Shown one piece after another: positions 47,632-56,579 of a DNA stretch of 64,000 bases. Origin of the DNA: Paracoccaceae bacterium (GTDB taxonomy: Bacteria > Pseudomonadota > Alphaproteobacteria > Rhodobacterales > Rhodobacteraceae); contig JANOQT010000090.1 of assembly GCA_031415015.1 (NCBI GenBank), positions 30,688-94,687 of the forward strand, given 5' to 3'. The position numbers and the translations under genes were made by a program. Below the pieces are notes generated by a model. That model did no database searches and was not told the origin of the DNA. It saw only the letters and a program-made list of their open reading frames with translations. The first letter of the stretch is position 1. Every line of letters begins with the position of its first letter.

Positions 47632-48384
47632 TCAGTTGATCAGTGTCGGCTTGGTCGTGTGCGTCACGTTGGACGGCATGACGCCCAGCCTGCGGGCCAG
47701 TTCGGTGTAGACATCCGACATCGGCTGCGGGTCGGGCACAGAGCCGTCGGGGCGTTCGGGCAAGCGCATGTCCCACAGGCGGCAGTTGTCGGGGCTGATC
47801 TCATCCGCCACGATCAGGCGCATGTAATCGCCCTCCCAGACCCGGCCCACCTCGATCCGGAAATCCGCAAGGCGGATGCCCACGCCCATCATGACGCCGG
47901 ACAGGAAATCGTTGACCCGCAAGGCCAGTGCGATGATGTCGTCAAGATCCTGCTGGTTCGCCCAGCCGAACGCCACGATATGCTCTTCCGCCACGAGGGG
48001 CGAATTCAGCTTGTCGTCCTTGTAATAGTATTCGACGATCGGCCGGGGCAGTTGCGTACCTTCGGGGATGCCAAGCCGCGCGGTCATCGGACCGGAAGAG
48101 AAGTTGCGCACAACCACTTCCAGCGGGATGATTTCTGCCATCCGCACCAGTTGCTCGCGCATGTTGATGCGGCGGATGAAATGAGTGGGCACGCCGATCT
48201 GGTTCAGACCCGTCATAAAGAATTCCGACAGGCGATTGTTCAGCACCCCCTTGCCTTCAAGGGCGGCCGGGGCTGCGACTGTCGGGGCGTTGTCGTCCTT
48301 GAAATACTGAATCAGGGTGCCGGGTTCCGGGCCTTCGTAGAGGATCTTGGCCTTGCCTTCGTAGACCTTCTTGCGCCGTGCCAT
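47632..48384 (-). CDS. purC: phosphoribosylaminoimidazole-succinocarboxamide synthase
   Basis: 'KVYEGKAKILYEGPEPGTLIQYFKDD' and 'IPLEVVVRN'. Internal ATG at 48384. Confidence 0.95.
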   Translation of the reverse strand: MARRKKVYEGKAKILYEGPEPGTLIQYFKDDNAPTVAAPAALEGKGVLNNRLSEFFMTGLNQIGVPTHFIRRINMREQLVRMAEIIPLEVVVRNFSSGPMTARLGIPEGTQLPRPIVEYYYKDDKLNSPLVAEEHIVAFGWANQQDLDDIIALALRVNDFLSGVMMGVGIRLADFRIEVGRVWEGDYMRLIVADEISPDNCRLWDMRLPERPDGSVPDPQPMSDVYTELARRLGVMPSNVTHTTKPTLIN

Positions 48385-48503
48385 GCGTTCTCCGATGAAT
48401 GGGCCAGCGGGGACGGGTTTCAGACCCCACAACCTTTGATTTCGGCTATAGTGCAAGGGCAGCGCCGTCGCAAGGCGCGAAGGCCGCGAAGGGAGGCGTG
48501 ACG

Positions 48504-49097
48504 ATGGGACGCGAGGCCGAAGGTGCAATCCGATACCTGGGGGATGAGGGCGCCGGACGCCTCCTCATCGAGAGTACCGAGGTGATCCTTCGCGGCGAGG
48601 TGCGGGCACGGGTGCCGAGGGCGGAGATCCGTGCCGTGCGGGTTGACGGAGAGACTCTGGTCATCGAAACCATTCGCGGGTTGGTTGTTGCGACTGTCGG
48701 TGCTGACGTCGCCCTCCGTCTCAGCCGGATATTGCAAAAGCCGGTGCCGACCCTGGTTGAGAAGCTGGGGGTCAGCCGGACGACGAGCGCGGGCTGCCTT
48801 TGGGCGGTAACGGATGTGGTCCTTGCTGAGGCGCTGGCCGGTTTGACCGTGCCGCTGCCAGACGCGGCAGTCCTGGTGGCCGAAGTCCTGGACGGCGCGC
48901 AGCTGGCCAGGCTGTTGGCGGCGCTGCCGGATTTGGCGGGTCGGCCTGTCTGGTGCGTGACTGCAAAGGGCCCGCGTCCGGCCCTGCCTGAAACGCGCAT
49001 CCGCGAAGCGCTGCGTGGCGCGGGTTGGATCGACAGCAAGACGACAGCGGTGTCGGACCGGGTGTCGGCCACGCGCTATGGTTGGCGCAAGTCCTGA
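48504..49097 (+). CDS. hypothetical protein (C-terminal DUF3052-like region)
   Basis: ATG at 48504 preceded by GGGAGG. 197 aa. No catalytic motif recognised. Confidence 0.5.
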   Translation: MGREAEGAIRYLGDEGAGRLLIESTEVILRGEVRARVPRAEIRAVRVDGETLVIETIRGLVVATVGADVALRLSRILQKPVPTLVEKLGVSRTTSAGCLWAVTDVVLAEALAGLTVPLPDAAVLVAEVLDGAQLARLLAALPDLAGRPVWCVTAKGPRPALPETRIREALRGAGWIDSKTTAVSDRVSATRYGWRKS

Positions 49098-49162
49098 TCG
49101 GGGGCTTGCAGCGCGGCACTTGGATAGGCATATGGACACAGGATCAGCTTCGGGGAGCCGCC

Positions 49163-49477
49163 ATGACCACGTTTGACGACCGCGAGAACGCGTTTGAGAG
49201 CAAATTCGCGCATGACAGCGAAATGCAGTTCCGTGCCGAGGCGCGGCGCAACAAGCTGACCGGGCTTTGGGCGGCCGGACTTTTGGGCAAGACCGGCGAC
49301 GATGCTGCCGCCTACGCAATGGAAGTGGTCAGTGCCGATTTCGAAGAGGCTGGCATCGAAGATGTGGTGCGCAAGCTGGTGGCCGACCTTGGCGCGAAGG
49401 CGACTGCCGACGAGGTGCGGGCAAAAATGGCCGAACTGCTGCCGGTGGCCAAGGCACAACTCATGACCGAACTCTGA
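49163..49477 (+). CDS. DUF1476 protein (zeta-type F1-ATPase inhibitor family of alphaproteobacteria)
   Basis: 'MTTFDDRENAFESKFAHDSEMQFRAEARRNKLTGLWAA'. 104 aa. GGGGAG Shine-Dalgarno. Confidence 0.8.
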   Translation: MTTFDDRENAFESKFAHDSEMQFRAEARRNKLTGLWAAGLLGKTGDDAAAYAMEVVSADFEEAGIEDVVRKLVADLGAKATADEVRAKMAELLPVAKAQLMTEL

Positions 49478-49498
49478 ACAGTTTTCAGGGGTGAATTG

Positions 49499-49533
49499 AC
49501 CGCGTACGCCACACGGCGGCGCGGTTTTCTTTT
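49499..49533 (+). terminator. rho-independent terminator after the DUF1476 gene
   Basis: ACCGCG..CGCC-ACAC-GGCG..CGCGGT hairpin followed by TTTCTTTT. Confidence 0.55.
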
Positions 49534-49676
49534 GCGCTTTGGGCTGGCCGATGCGGTGTCTCGTGCCCACCGGCCAAGATGAAGCCCCGCACATGACATA
49601 ATGATGAATATGAATTTGCCACGGTCGGCGCAGCGTGGCAGAGGGGATGTCAGCCGAATTCCGAGGAGCCCTGACC

Positions 49677-50690
49677 ATGATTGATCTGCTTTCCCGACTG
49701 CTTTCATCGCGCGACTGGCTGCTGGCCGACGGTGCGACGGGAACCAATCTGTTCAACATGGGACTGGAATCCGGGGAACCGCCAGAGTTCTGGAATACTG
49801 ACAAGCCGGACAACATCCGAAAACTGTACCGGGGTGCGGTGGAGGCGGGGTCGGACCTGTTCCTGACCAACACCTTCGGCGGCAATGCCAGCCGGCTGAA
49901 GCTGCATCAGGCCGAAGGCCGGGTGCGCGAGTTGAACCGGGTCGGTGCCGCCCTTGGCCGCGAAATAGCCGATGCAGCGGGTCGCCCGGTGGTGGTCGCC
50001 GGATCGGTGGGGCCGACGGGCGAGATTTTCGTGCCGATGGGAACGCTGACCCATGCGCTGGCGGTGGAGATGTTCCACGAACAGGCCGAAGGGCTGAAAG
50101 AGGGCGGCGCGGATGTGTTGTGGGTCGAGACGATCTCGGCCCCCGAGGAATACAAGGCGGCGGCAGAGGCGGCGGCACTGGCGGGAATGCCCTGGTGCGG
50201 CACGATGAGCTTTGATACCGCCGGGCGCACGATGATGGGCACCACTTCGGCGGCGATGGCCGCGATGGTGGAAGGGTTGCCGAACCCGCCGATTGCGTTC
50301 GGGGCGAACTGCGGGGTGGGCGCGTCCGACCTGATGCGCACCGTGCTGGGCTTTGCCGCCACCGGAACCGAACGCCCGCTGATCGCCAAGGGCAATGCCG
50401 GGATCCCGAAGTATCACGATGGCCATATTCATTACGATGGCACGCCCGAGCTGATGGCGGAATACGCGGTTCTGGCGCGCGATGCCGGGGTGAGGATCAT
50501 CGGGGGCTGCTGCGGCACAATGCCCGACCATCTGCGCGCGATGCGGCAGGCGCTGGAGACGCGCCCAAAGGGCCTGCGCCCGACGCTGGACGATATTTCG
50601 GTGCATCTGGGCGGGTTTTCCTCGGCCTCGGACGGGACAGGGGACACGTCGGGCGAGCCGAAAAGGGAACGCCGCGGGCGGCGGGGATAG
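49677..50690 (+). CDS. homocysteine S-methyltransferase-domain protein (MetH N-terminal-module-like)
   Basis: 'LADGATGTNLF', 'LFLTNTFGGN' and 'IIGGCCGT'. Start at ATG 49677 (the ORF opens at 49635). Confidence 0.85.
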   Translation: MIDLLSRLLSSRDWLLADGATGTNLFNMGLESGEPPEFWNTDKPDNIRKLYRGAVEAGSDLFLTNTFGGNASRLKLHQAEGRVRELNRVGAALGREIADAAGRPVVVAGSVGPTGEIFVPMGTLTHALAVEMFHEQAEGLKEGGADVLWVETISAPEEYKAAAEAAALAGMPWCGTMSFDTAGRTMMGTTSAAMAAMVEGLPNPPIAFGANCGVGASDLMRTVLGFAATGTERPLIAKGNAGIPKYHDGHIHYDGTPELMAEYAVLARDAGVRIIGGCCGTMPDHLRAMRQALETRPKGLRPTLDDISVHLGGFSSASDGTGDTSGEPKRERRGRRG

Positions 50691-50724
50691 TCAGGAATTC
50701 TTCTGCGAAATCCGTGCTGTACTG

Positions 50725-51831
50725 TTAGAATAAATTCAACTGATCCCCGGCTTTTGGCGGCACGCCGAACAGATCGGTGCGCAACTCTGGCAGACCCCGC
50801 GTCAGCCCGAGACGTTTGCGGGCGACGTCCAGACAGCGTTTGATCAGCTCAGCCCAGATCCCTTGACCGGTCATTCGCACCCCGAAGGCGGGGTCATAGT
50901 CACGACCCCCGTGCAGTTCCCGCACCCGGCCCATCACGCGCGCGGCGCGGTCGGGGAAGGTGGCCTCGATCCAGTCGCGGAACAGGGTGGCCACTTCCAG
51001 CGGCAGGCGCAGGGGGATGGAGGTGGCGTGGGTGGCACCCGCCTCGGCTGCCGCCTCAAGGACCGATTCCAGTTCGTGATCCGTCAGCGCCGGGATCAGC
51101 GGCGAGACCTGCACCCGCACGGGGATGCCCGCGCCAGAAAGCGCGCGGATCATGGCAAGGCGGCGGGCGGGCGCAGGCGCGCGGGGTTCCATCTTGCGGG
51201 CCAGACCGGCGTCAAGCGTGGTCAGCGAAATGCTGACCGAGGCGAGGCGATCAGCGGCCATGGTGGCAATAAGGTCGATGTCGCGTTCGATCAGCGTGCC
51301 GCGTGTGGTGATCCAGACGGGATGGCAGAAATCCGACAGCACGGTCAGGATCTGCCGCATCAGGCCATGGGTTCCGTCGATGGGCTGATAGGGATCGGTG
51401 TTGGTGCCAATGGCGATGGGTGCAACCCTGTAGACAGGCCGGGACAATTCCTGCGCCAACACTTCGGCGATGCCGGGGCGGGCGATCAGGCGCGTCTCGA
51501 AATCAAGGCCGGGAGACAGGTTCAGGAAGGCGTGGCTGGGCCGCGCGTAGCAATAGATGCAGCCGTGTTCGCAACCGCGATACGGGTTGATCGACCGGTC
51601 AAAGGGCAGGTCTGGCGACCGGTTGTAGGTGATTGCAGACCGCGGGCGTTCAATTTGCGTTTCGGTGCGGATCAGGCGATCATCCTCAGGTATATCCCAA
51701 TCATCGACAAATCCTTCGCGCAGCTGGTGTTCAAACCGACCGGCGGCATTGGTCGCCGCCCCCCGCGCGCGGAGCCGATGACCGGGAGGAAGTGGGGTGC
51801 TGGAGCGGTTCATTCCGCAAATATGGAACAT
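50725..51831 (-). CDS. radical SAM protein (PA0069-like family)
   Basis: 'YRGCEHGCIYCYARPSH' is the CxxxCxxC cluster motif. 368 aa. Start uncertain (alternative ATG at 51813). Confidence 0.85.
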   Translation of the reverse strand: MFHICGMNRSSTPLPPGHRLRARGAATNAAGRFEHQLREGFVDDWDIPEDDRLIRTETQIERPRSAITYNRSPDLPFDRSINPYRGCEHGCIYCYARPSHAFLNLSPGLDFETRLIARPGIAEVLAQELSRPVYRVAPIAIGTNTDPYQPIDGTHGLMRQILTVLSDFCHPVWITTRGTLIERDIDLIATMAADRLASVSISLTTLDAGLARKMEPRAPAPARRLAMIRALSGAGIPVRVQVSPLIPALTDHELESVLEAAAEAGATHATSIPLRLPLEVATLFRDWIEATFPDRAARVMGRVRELHGGRDYDPAFGVRMTGQGIWAELIKRCLDVARKRLGLTRGLPELRTDLFGVPPKAGDQLNLF

Positions 51832-51971
51832 ACAAAGAACAAAAGCCAGATGATTGCAGTGCGCGACACCTTTCTGTCGGCTTTCATCTGGTGTATGTCG
51901 CTAACCGAAAAGTGGGGTGGTCGCTTTAAGCCCATTCAAGCTACAGCATTTTCTCCCTAAGGAGCGATCTC

Positions 51972-52670
51972 ATGGCCGAAGACGACATCATCCTGTCCGA
52001 GCTGTCGGATGACGAACTGGTCCTGCAGATGCATGACGACCTGTACGACGGTCTGAAGGAAGAGATCGAAGAGGCGGTCAACATCCTGATCGCACGCGGC
52101 TGGACGCCTTATGATGTCCTAACCAAGGCGCTGGTTGCGGGCATGACCATTGTCGGCGCCGACTTCCGCGACGGCATCCTGTTCGTGCCCGAAGTGCTGC
52201 TGGCCGCCAATGCGATGAAGGGGGGGATGTTCATTCTCAAGCCGCTCTTGGTGGAAACCGGCGCGCCGCGGATGGGCAAGATGGTGATCGGTACGGTGAA
52301 GGGCGATATCCACGACATCGGCAAGAACCTTGTTGCGATGATGATGGAGGGTGCGGGTTTCGAAGTGCGCGATCTGGGGATCAACAACTCCGTCGAAAAG
52401 TATCTGGCGGCGCTTGAGGAAGAAAAGCCCGATATCCTTGGCATGTCCGCCCTGCTGACCACGACGATGCCCTACATGAAGGTCGTGATCGACACGATGA
52501 AGGAAAAAGGCATGCGCGAGGATTACATCATCCTTGTGGGCGGTGCGCCGTTGAACGAGGAATTCGGCAAGGCCATCGGCGCCGATGCCTATTGTCGTGA
52601 TGCCGCTGTGGCAGTGGAAACCGCCAAGCAATGGGTCGCGCGCAAGCACAATCAGCTGAACGCGGGCTAA
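51972..52670 (+). CDS. cobalamin-binding (corrinoid) protein, B12-cap plus B12-binding domains
   Basis: 'GDIHDIGKNLV' (DxHxxG) and 'GMSALLTTTM'. AAGGAG Shine-Dalgarno. Confidence 0.9.
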   Translation: MAEDDIILSELSDDELVLQMHDDLYDGLKEEIEEAVNILIARGWTPYDVLTKALVAGMTIVGADFRDGILFVPEVLLAANAMKGGMFILKPLLVETGAPRMGKMVIGTVKGDIHDIGKNLVAMMMEGAGFEVRDLGINNSVEKYLAALEEEKPDILGMSALLTTTMPYMKVVIDTMKEKGMREDYIILVGGAPLNEEFGKAIGADAYCRDAAVAVETAKQWVARKHNQLNAG

Positions 52671-52748
52671 GGGCGCACCAAAGCGTGACTGGTCAAGGGC
52701 TTGCGCGACGGGCCCGGCAAGCGCAGATTGGTGGCAAGGAGAGGCAAC

Positions 52749-52907
52749 ATGCCACTAACTCACTTCCTAGGACTTATCGTTCTGGTGATTGCAGTCGCCG
52801 GCGGCACAGTACTTCTTGCACTCTGGTCGGGTATGCCGCTGATGGCGTTAAGTTTTGCCGCAGTGTCGGCCAGTCTGATCCTGGCTTGGACCCGCGTCGG
52901 GCGCTAG
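52749..52907 (+). CDS. small two-TM membrane protein (52 aa), unknown
   Basis: Internal ATG of ORF 52701..52907, preceded by AAGGAGAGG. 'MPLTHFLGLIVLVIAVAGGTVLLALW'. Confidence 0.5.
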   Translation: MPLTHFLGLIVLVIAVAGGTVLLALWSGMPLMALSFAAVSASLILAWTRVGR

Positions 52908-52934
52908 CCAAGTCTGCAGATTGGGGGCCCAGCC

Positions 52935-53570
52935 ATGGATGACGCGACGCTGAGCGAACAGGGTCTTGCCCCCGCGCAGACCGGGCGGGTGCTGCTGATC
53001 GCATGCGGCGCTCTGGCGCATGAGATTGTGGCGCTCAGGTCGGCAAACAACTGGTCGCATCTTGATCTGCAGTGCCTTCCCGCCACTCTGCACCTCTGGC
53101 CCGAACGGATCATCCCGGCGGTCGAGGCGGCTGTGGTTGAAGCGCGTGGGCGCTATGAGACCATCTTTGTGGTCTACGCTGACTGCGGGACTGGCGGTCT
53201 GCTGCAGGCGGCCTGCGCGAGGCTTGGCGTCGAAATGGTTGAAGGCCCGCACTGCTATTCGTTCTTTGAAGGCAACGGTGCCTTCGCCGCACGGGCCGAA
53301 ACAGAGTTCACGGCCTTTTATCTGACCGATTTTCTGGTGCGCCAGTTCGACGCCTTCGTGTGGCGTCCGATGGGCCTGGACCGGCATCCGCAACTGCGCG
53401 ACATGTATTTCGGCAATTATACCAAGCTGGTCTATCAGGCACAGGTGAATGATCCGGCGCTGGATGCCAAAGCCGAAGAGTGCGCCCGTCGGCTGGGTTT
53501 GACCTATGAGCGGCGGTTCACCGGCTACGGCGATTTGGTGACGGCGCTGGGTAAGGTCGCTGCAGGTTAG
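52935..53570 (+). CDS. DUF1638 domain protein
   Basis: 'VLLIACGALAHEI...VVYADCGTGG' resembles DUF1638. Sits downstream of the corrinoid protein. Confidence 0.7.
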   Translation: MDDATLSEQGLAPAQTGRVLLIACGALAHEIVALRSANNWSHLDLQCLPATLHLWPERIIPAVEAAVVEARGRYETIFVVYADCGTGGLLQAACARLGVEMVEGPHCYSFFEGNGAFAARAETEFTAFYLTDFLVRQFDAFVWRPMGLDRHPQLRDMYFGNYTKLVYQAQVNDPALDAKAEECARRLGLTYERRFTGYGDLVTALGKVAAG

Positions 53571-53612
53571 TCCGCAGTCGGGACGTTTGCAGCCAGCATA
53601 GGGACCGGCATC

Positions 53613-53843
53613 CTAAGGCATCTGGTTCGCGCTCATCCAGTACTGCAGGACAAACACGCGGATTGCAGACGCAAGACCTTCGTCCGCTTGACGGGTTTCG
53701 TCGATTCTTGCAGCAAGGGCATTGAGCGGTTGGCCCTGCGCGACAGCGATATCGCGGAAAGCCGCCCAGAACGCATCCTCCAACGAGACCGATGTCCGGT
53801 GGCCGCGCAGGGTCAGCGAGCGTTTGACGGGCCGGGCGGTCAT
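53613..53843 (-). CDS. ribbon-helix-helix domain protein (COG4321-like)
   Basis: 'KRSLTLRGHRTSVSLEDAFWAAFRDIA'. 76 aa. ATG overlaps the preceding stop (ATGA). Confidence 0.75.
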   Translation of the reverse strand: MTARPVKRSLTLRGHRTSVSLEDAFWAAFRDIAVAQGQPLNALAARIDETRQADEGLASAIRVFVLQYWMSANQMP

Positions 53844-54019
53844 TCGGGATCGCGTTGATGGGCCGACAGGTCGCGGTCTGCCTTTTCCTGAACTGCCATC
53901 TGCCGATGCCGTTCGGCCTTGGTCAGGCCGTGCCTTGCGGCGTTTGCGTCCGCCTTGGCCCGCGCGTCCGCCTTGGCTTTCGCCTTGCGGACGCGGCCAA
54001 GGTTGACGATGTCTGCCAT
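53840..54019 (-). CDS. DUF4169-like small basic protein (59 aa)
   Basis: Not in the ORF track (<60 aa). '[59 protein letters not shown]'. Its ATG shares one nt with the fumC stop (TGATG). Confidence 0.6.
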   Translation of the reverse strand: MADIVNLGRVRKAKAKADARAKADANAARHGLTKAERHRQMAVQEKADRDLSAHQRDPE

Positions 54020-55413
54020 CAGCCTTTCGGCCCGATCATGTCTTCGGGGCGGACCACGCGGTCGAACGTCTCGCCGTCGACGTAGCCAAGCGCGATGGCT
54101 TCCTCGCGCAGGGTCGTGCCGTTCTTGTGGGCGGTCTTTGCCACCTTGGTTGCCGCGTCATAGCCGATGGTGGGCGCCAGCGCGGTGACCAGCATCAGCG
54201 ATTCCTTCATCAGCTTCTCGATCCGAGGAATGTTCGCCTGCGTGCCCACCACCATGTTGTCGGTGAAGCTGCCCGCCGCGTCGCCCAGAAGCTGCATGGA
54301 TTGCAACACGTTGTACGACATCATCGGGTTGTAGACGTTCAGTTCGAAATGCCCCTGCGAGCCTGCAAAGCCGACACCAGCGTCATTTCCCATCACTTGC
54401 GCGCAGACCATGGTCAGCGCTTCGGCCTGCGTGGGGTTCACCTTGCCCGGCATGATTGAACTGCCGGGTTCGTTTTCCGGCAGGATCAGCTCGCCAAGGC
54501 CGGAGCGCGGGCCAGAGCCCAGAAGCCGCATGTCGTTGGCGATCTTGAACAGGCTGACGGCGACGGTTTTCAGTGCCCCGGAAAACATCACCATCGCGTC
54601 ATGCGCCGCCAGCGCTTCGAACTTGTTCGGTGCGGTGACAAAGGGCAGGCCGGTGATGTCGGCTATCTGGTGGGCAACACGGCGGTCCCATCCGACCCGC
54701 GTGTTCAGCCCGGTGCCGACAGCGGTGCCGCCTTGGGCAAGTTCGTAGATTTCCGGCAGGATCTTGTGGACGCGCAGGATGCCCTGGCTGACCTGATGGG
54801 CATATCCAGAGAATTCCTGCCCCAACGTCAAAGGCGTCGCATCCTGGGTATGGGTGCGGCCGATCTTAATGATGTCCTTGAATTCCAAGGACTTATCCAC
54901 CAGCGCCGCATGCAGTTTCTTCAACCCCGGCAGCAGGATATCGCGGGCTATCATGCCGATGGCCACGTGCATAGCCGTCGGGAAGGTGTCGTTCGACGAT
55001 TGGCCCATGTTGACGTGGTCGTTTGGATGAACGGGCTTTTTGGAGCCCATGACGCCGCCCAGCACCTCGATTGCACGGTTCGAGATCACTTCGTTGGCGT
55101 TCATGTTCGATTGGGTGCCCGAGCCGGTCTGCCAGACCACCAGCGGAAAGTTGTCATCAAACTTGCCATCAATCACCTCGGTCGCCGCCGCGGCAATCGC
55201 CTCCCCCAACTCTTTCGAGATGTCGCCTTGCGCGATGTTGACCAGGGCACAGGCTTTCTTGATCACACCCAGCGCCCGGATGATTGCCACTGGCTGCTTT
55301 TCCCAGCCGATCGGGAAGTTTATGATCGAGCGCTGTGTCTGCGCGCCCCAGTACTTGTCAGCAGGAACCTCGAGCGGGCCAAAGCTGTCAGTTTCGGTGC
55401 GGGTTGCGGTCAT
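54019..55413 (-). CDS. fumC: class II fumarate hydratase
   Basis: '[13 protein letters not shown]' signature and '[12 protein letters not shown]'. AGGAGG Shine-Dalgarno before the ATG at 55413. Confidence 0.97.
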   Translation of the reverse strand: MTATRTETDSFGPLEVPADKYWGAQTQRSIINFPIGWEKQPVAIIRALGVIKKACALVNIAQGDISKELGEAIAAAATEVIDGKFDDNFPLVVWQTGSGTQSNMNANEVISNRAIEVLGGVMGSKKPVHPNDHVNMGQSSNDTFPTAMHVAIGMIARDILLPGLKKLHAALVDKSLEFKDIIKIGRTHTQDATPLTLGQEFSGYAHQVSQGILRVHKILPEIYELAQGGTAVGTGLNTRVGWDRRVAHQIADITGLPFVTAPNKFEALAAHDAMVMFSGALKTVAVSLFKIANDMRLLGSGPRSGLGELILPENEPGSSIMPGKVNPTQAEALTMVCAQVMGNDAGVGFAGSQGHFELNVYNPMMSYNVLQSMQLLGDAAGSFTDNMVVGTQANIPRIEKLMKESLMLVTALAPTIGYDAATKVAKTAHKNGTTLREEAIALGYVDGETFDRVVRPEDMIGPKG

Positions 55414-55490
55414 CAAAGCCTCCTGCAAAATCTTGGCTTCCGTCTAACGCTGCCGCAGTCAGGAATCAATCGGTATACCGTCGCATACCG

Positions 55491-56045
55491 TCAGATCTGG
55501 CGAAAGCGGTAGACCCGGGCGGGGGGCAGGTTCGTCCAGATCTTCGGCCCGGTTTCGGCACTCAGGCCAAGCTCTCTGATCGTGGCTGCGGGAATCGGCG
55601 GCGTCGGGCCGTAGGTGAACTGGATGTAAGGTGCGCCGGGTGCCAGGATGCGGAAGGCGGCGGTAACGATATCGTGGCAGACCGCTTCGGGCATCGACAA
55701 CAGCGGCAAGCCAGATACCACCGCGCCCACACCGGGGGCGATGTGATCAGCCGCCGTGTTGGCCCCGGTCAGGTGCAAGGTTGTGCCGGGAAAAGCCTGA
55801 CGCAGATGGTCGGCAAAGTGCGTGTCCAGCTCGAACAGAGTCAGGTTTTCGGCGGGCACCCCGGCGGCAAGGATTGCCCGGGTCAGGCTGCCGGTTCCGG
55901 GGCCGAACTCGACCACCCGTCCGGTCTGGGGCCCAAGCCCGTCGGCCATGGCGCGCGCAAGGCGTGCCGAGGAGGGCGCAATGGCCGAAACCTGTCGGGG
56001 GTTGCGCAACAGGCTTTTGCGGAACAGGGCGAAGTCGCTGGCCAT
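55491..56045 (-). CDS. class I SAM-dependent methyltransferase (COG3963 / phospholipid N-methyltransferase-like)
   Basis: 'VVEFGPGTGSLT' SAM motif. 184 aa. Lies 3 nt downstream of sspB. Confidence 0.7.
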   Translation of the reverse strand: MASDFALFRKSLLRNPRQVSAIAPSSARLARAMADGLGPQTGRVVEFGPGTGSLTRAILAAGVPAENLTLFELDTHFADHLRQAFPGTTLHLTGANTAADHIAPGVGAVVSGLPLLSMPEAVCHDIVTAAFRILAPGAPYIQFTYGPTPPIPAATIRELGLSAETGPKIWTNLPPARVYRFRQI

Positions 56046-56048
56046 CTG

Positions 56049-56501
56049 CTATTGTTTGCGAAACTGGTCAAGGCTGACCACCTGGGCGTCGTGCTTGACG
56101 GGCTCTTCCTCGACCTCGGGGTCGTCTTCGTCTTCGTCATCTTCGTCGGAATGGGTCTCAAAGCGCAGGCCGAACTCGACGGACGGGTCGACAAAGGTGC
56201 GGACGGCGTCAAACGGAATGACCATCGGCTCGGGATTGTTGCCGAAATTGAGGGTAATGGTAAATCCTGCGTCAGTCACCACAAGGTTTTCGAACCAATG
56301 CTGGATCACGACAGTCATTTCGCCGGGGTAGCGCGCCTTTAGCCAATCGGCCATTTCCACATCGGGGTGGGTGGTGTCGAAGGTGATGAAAAAGTGGTGC
56401 GCGCCGGGCAGGCCGTTCTTCGACACATCGGTCAGAACGGACTGGATCAGGCCGCGCATCGCCCGGTGCATCAGATTGCCGTAGTCGATGGAACGCGCCA
56501 T
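56049..56501 (-). CDS. sspB: SspB-like ClpXP adaptor (alphaproteobacterial type)
   Basis: 'HHFFITFDTTHPDVEM...MTVVIQHWFENL', an acidic linker and C-terminal 'VVSLDQFRK'. Confidence 0.75.
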   Translation of the reverse strand: MARSIDYGNLMHRAMRGLIQSVLTDVSKNGLPGAHHFFITFDTTHPDVEMADWLKARYPGEMTVVIQHWFENLVVTDAGFTITLNFGNNPEPMVIPFDAVRTFVDPSVEFGLRFETHSDEDDEDEDDPEVEEEPVKHDAQVVSLDQFRKQ

Positions 56502-56579
56502 CCGAACCCCTTTCCTAATTGGCGGCCAGCATAGGGGATTTGCCCGCCAAGGGAAGGGGCCGCACCGCTCAAAGTTGCA

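Noticed and set aside
48385-48503. ZTP (pfl) riboswitch upstream of purC
   Set aside because: No GGGUCGUG...CCGCCUGGGC-like elements are visible on the minus strand.
49534-49676. SAM-II or cobalamin riboswitch upstream of the homocysteine methyltransferase gene (also 51832..51971 upstream of the corrinoid protein)
   Set aside because: I could not find the conserved B12 box or the SAM-II pseudoknot elements (AAAGC-type 3' strand). This needs an Infernal scan to be definitive.
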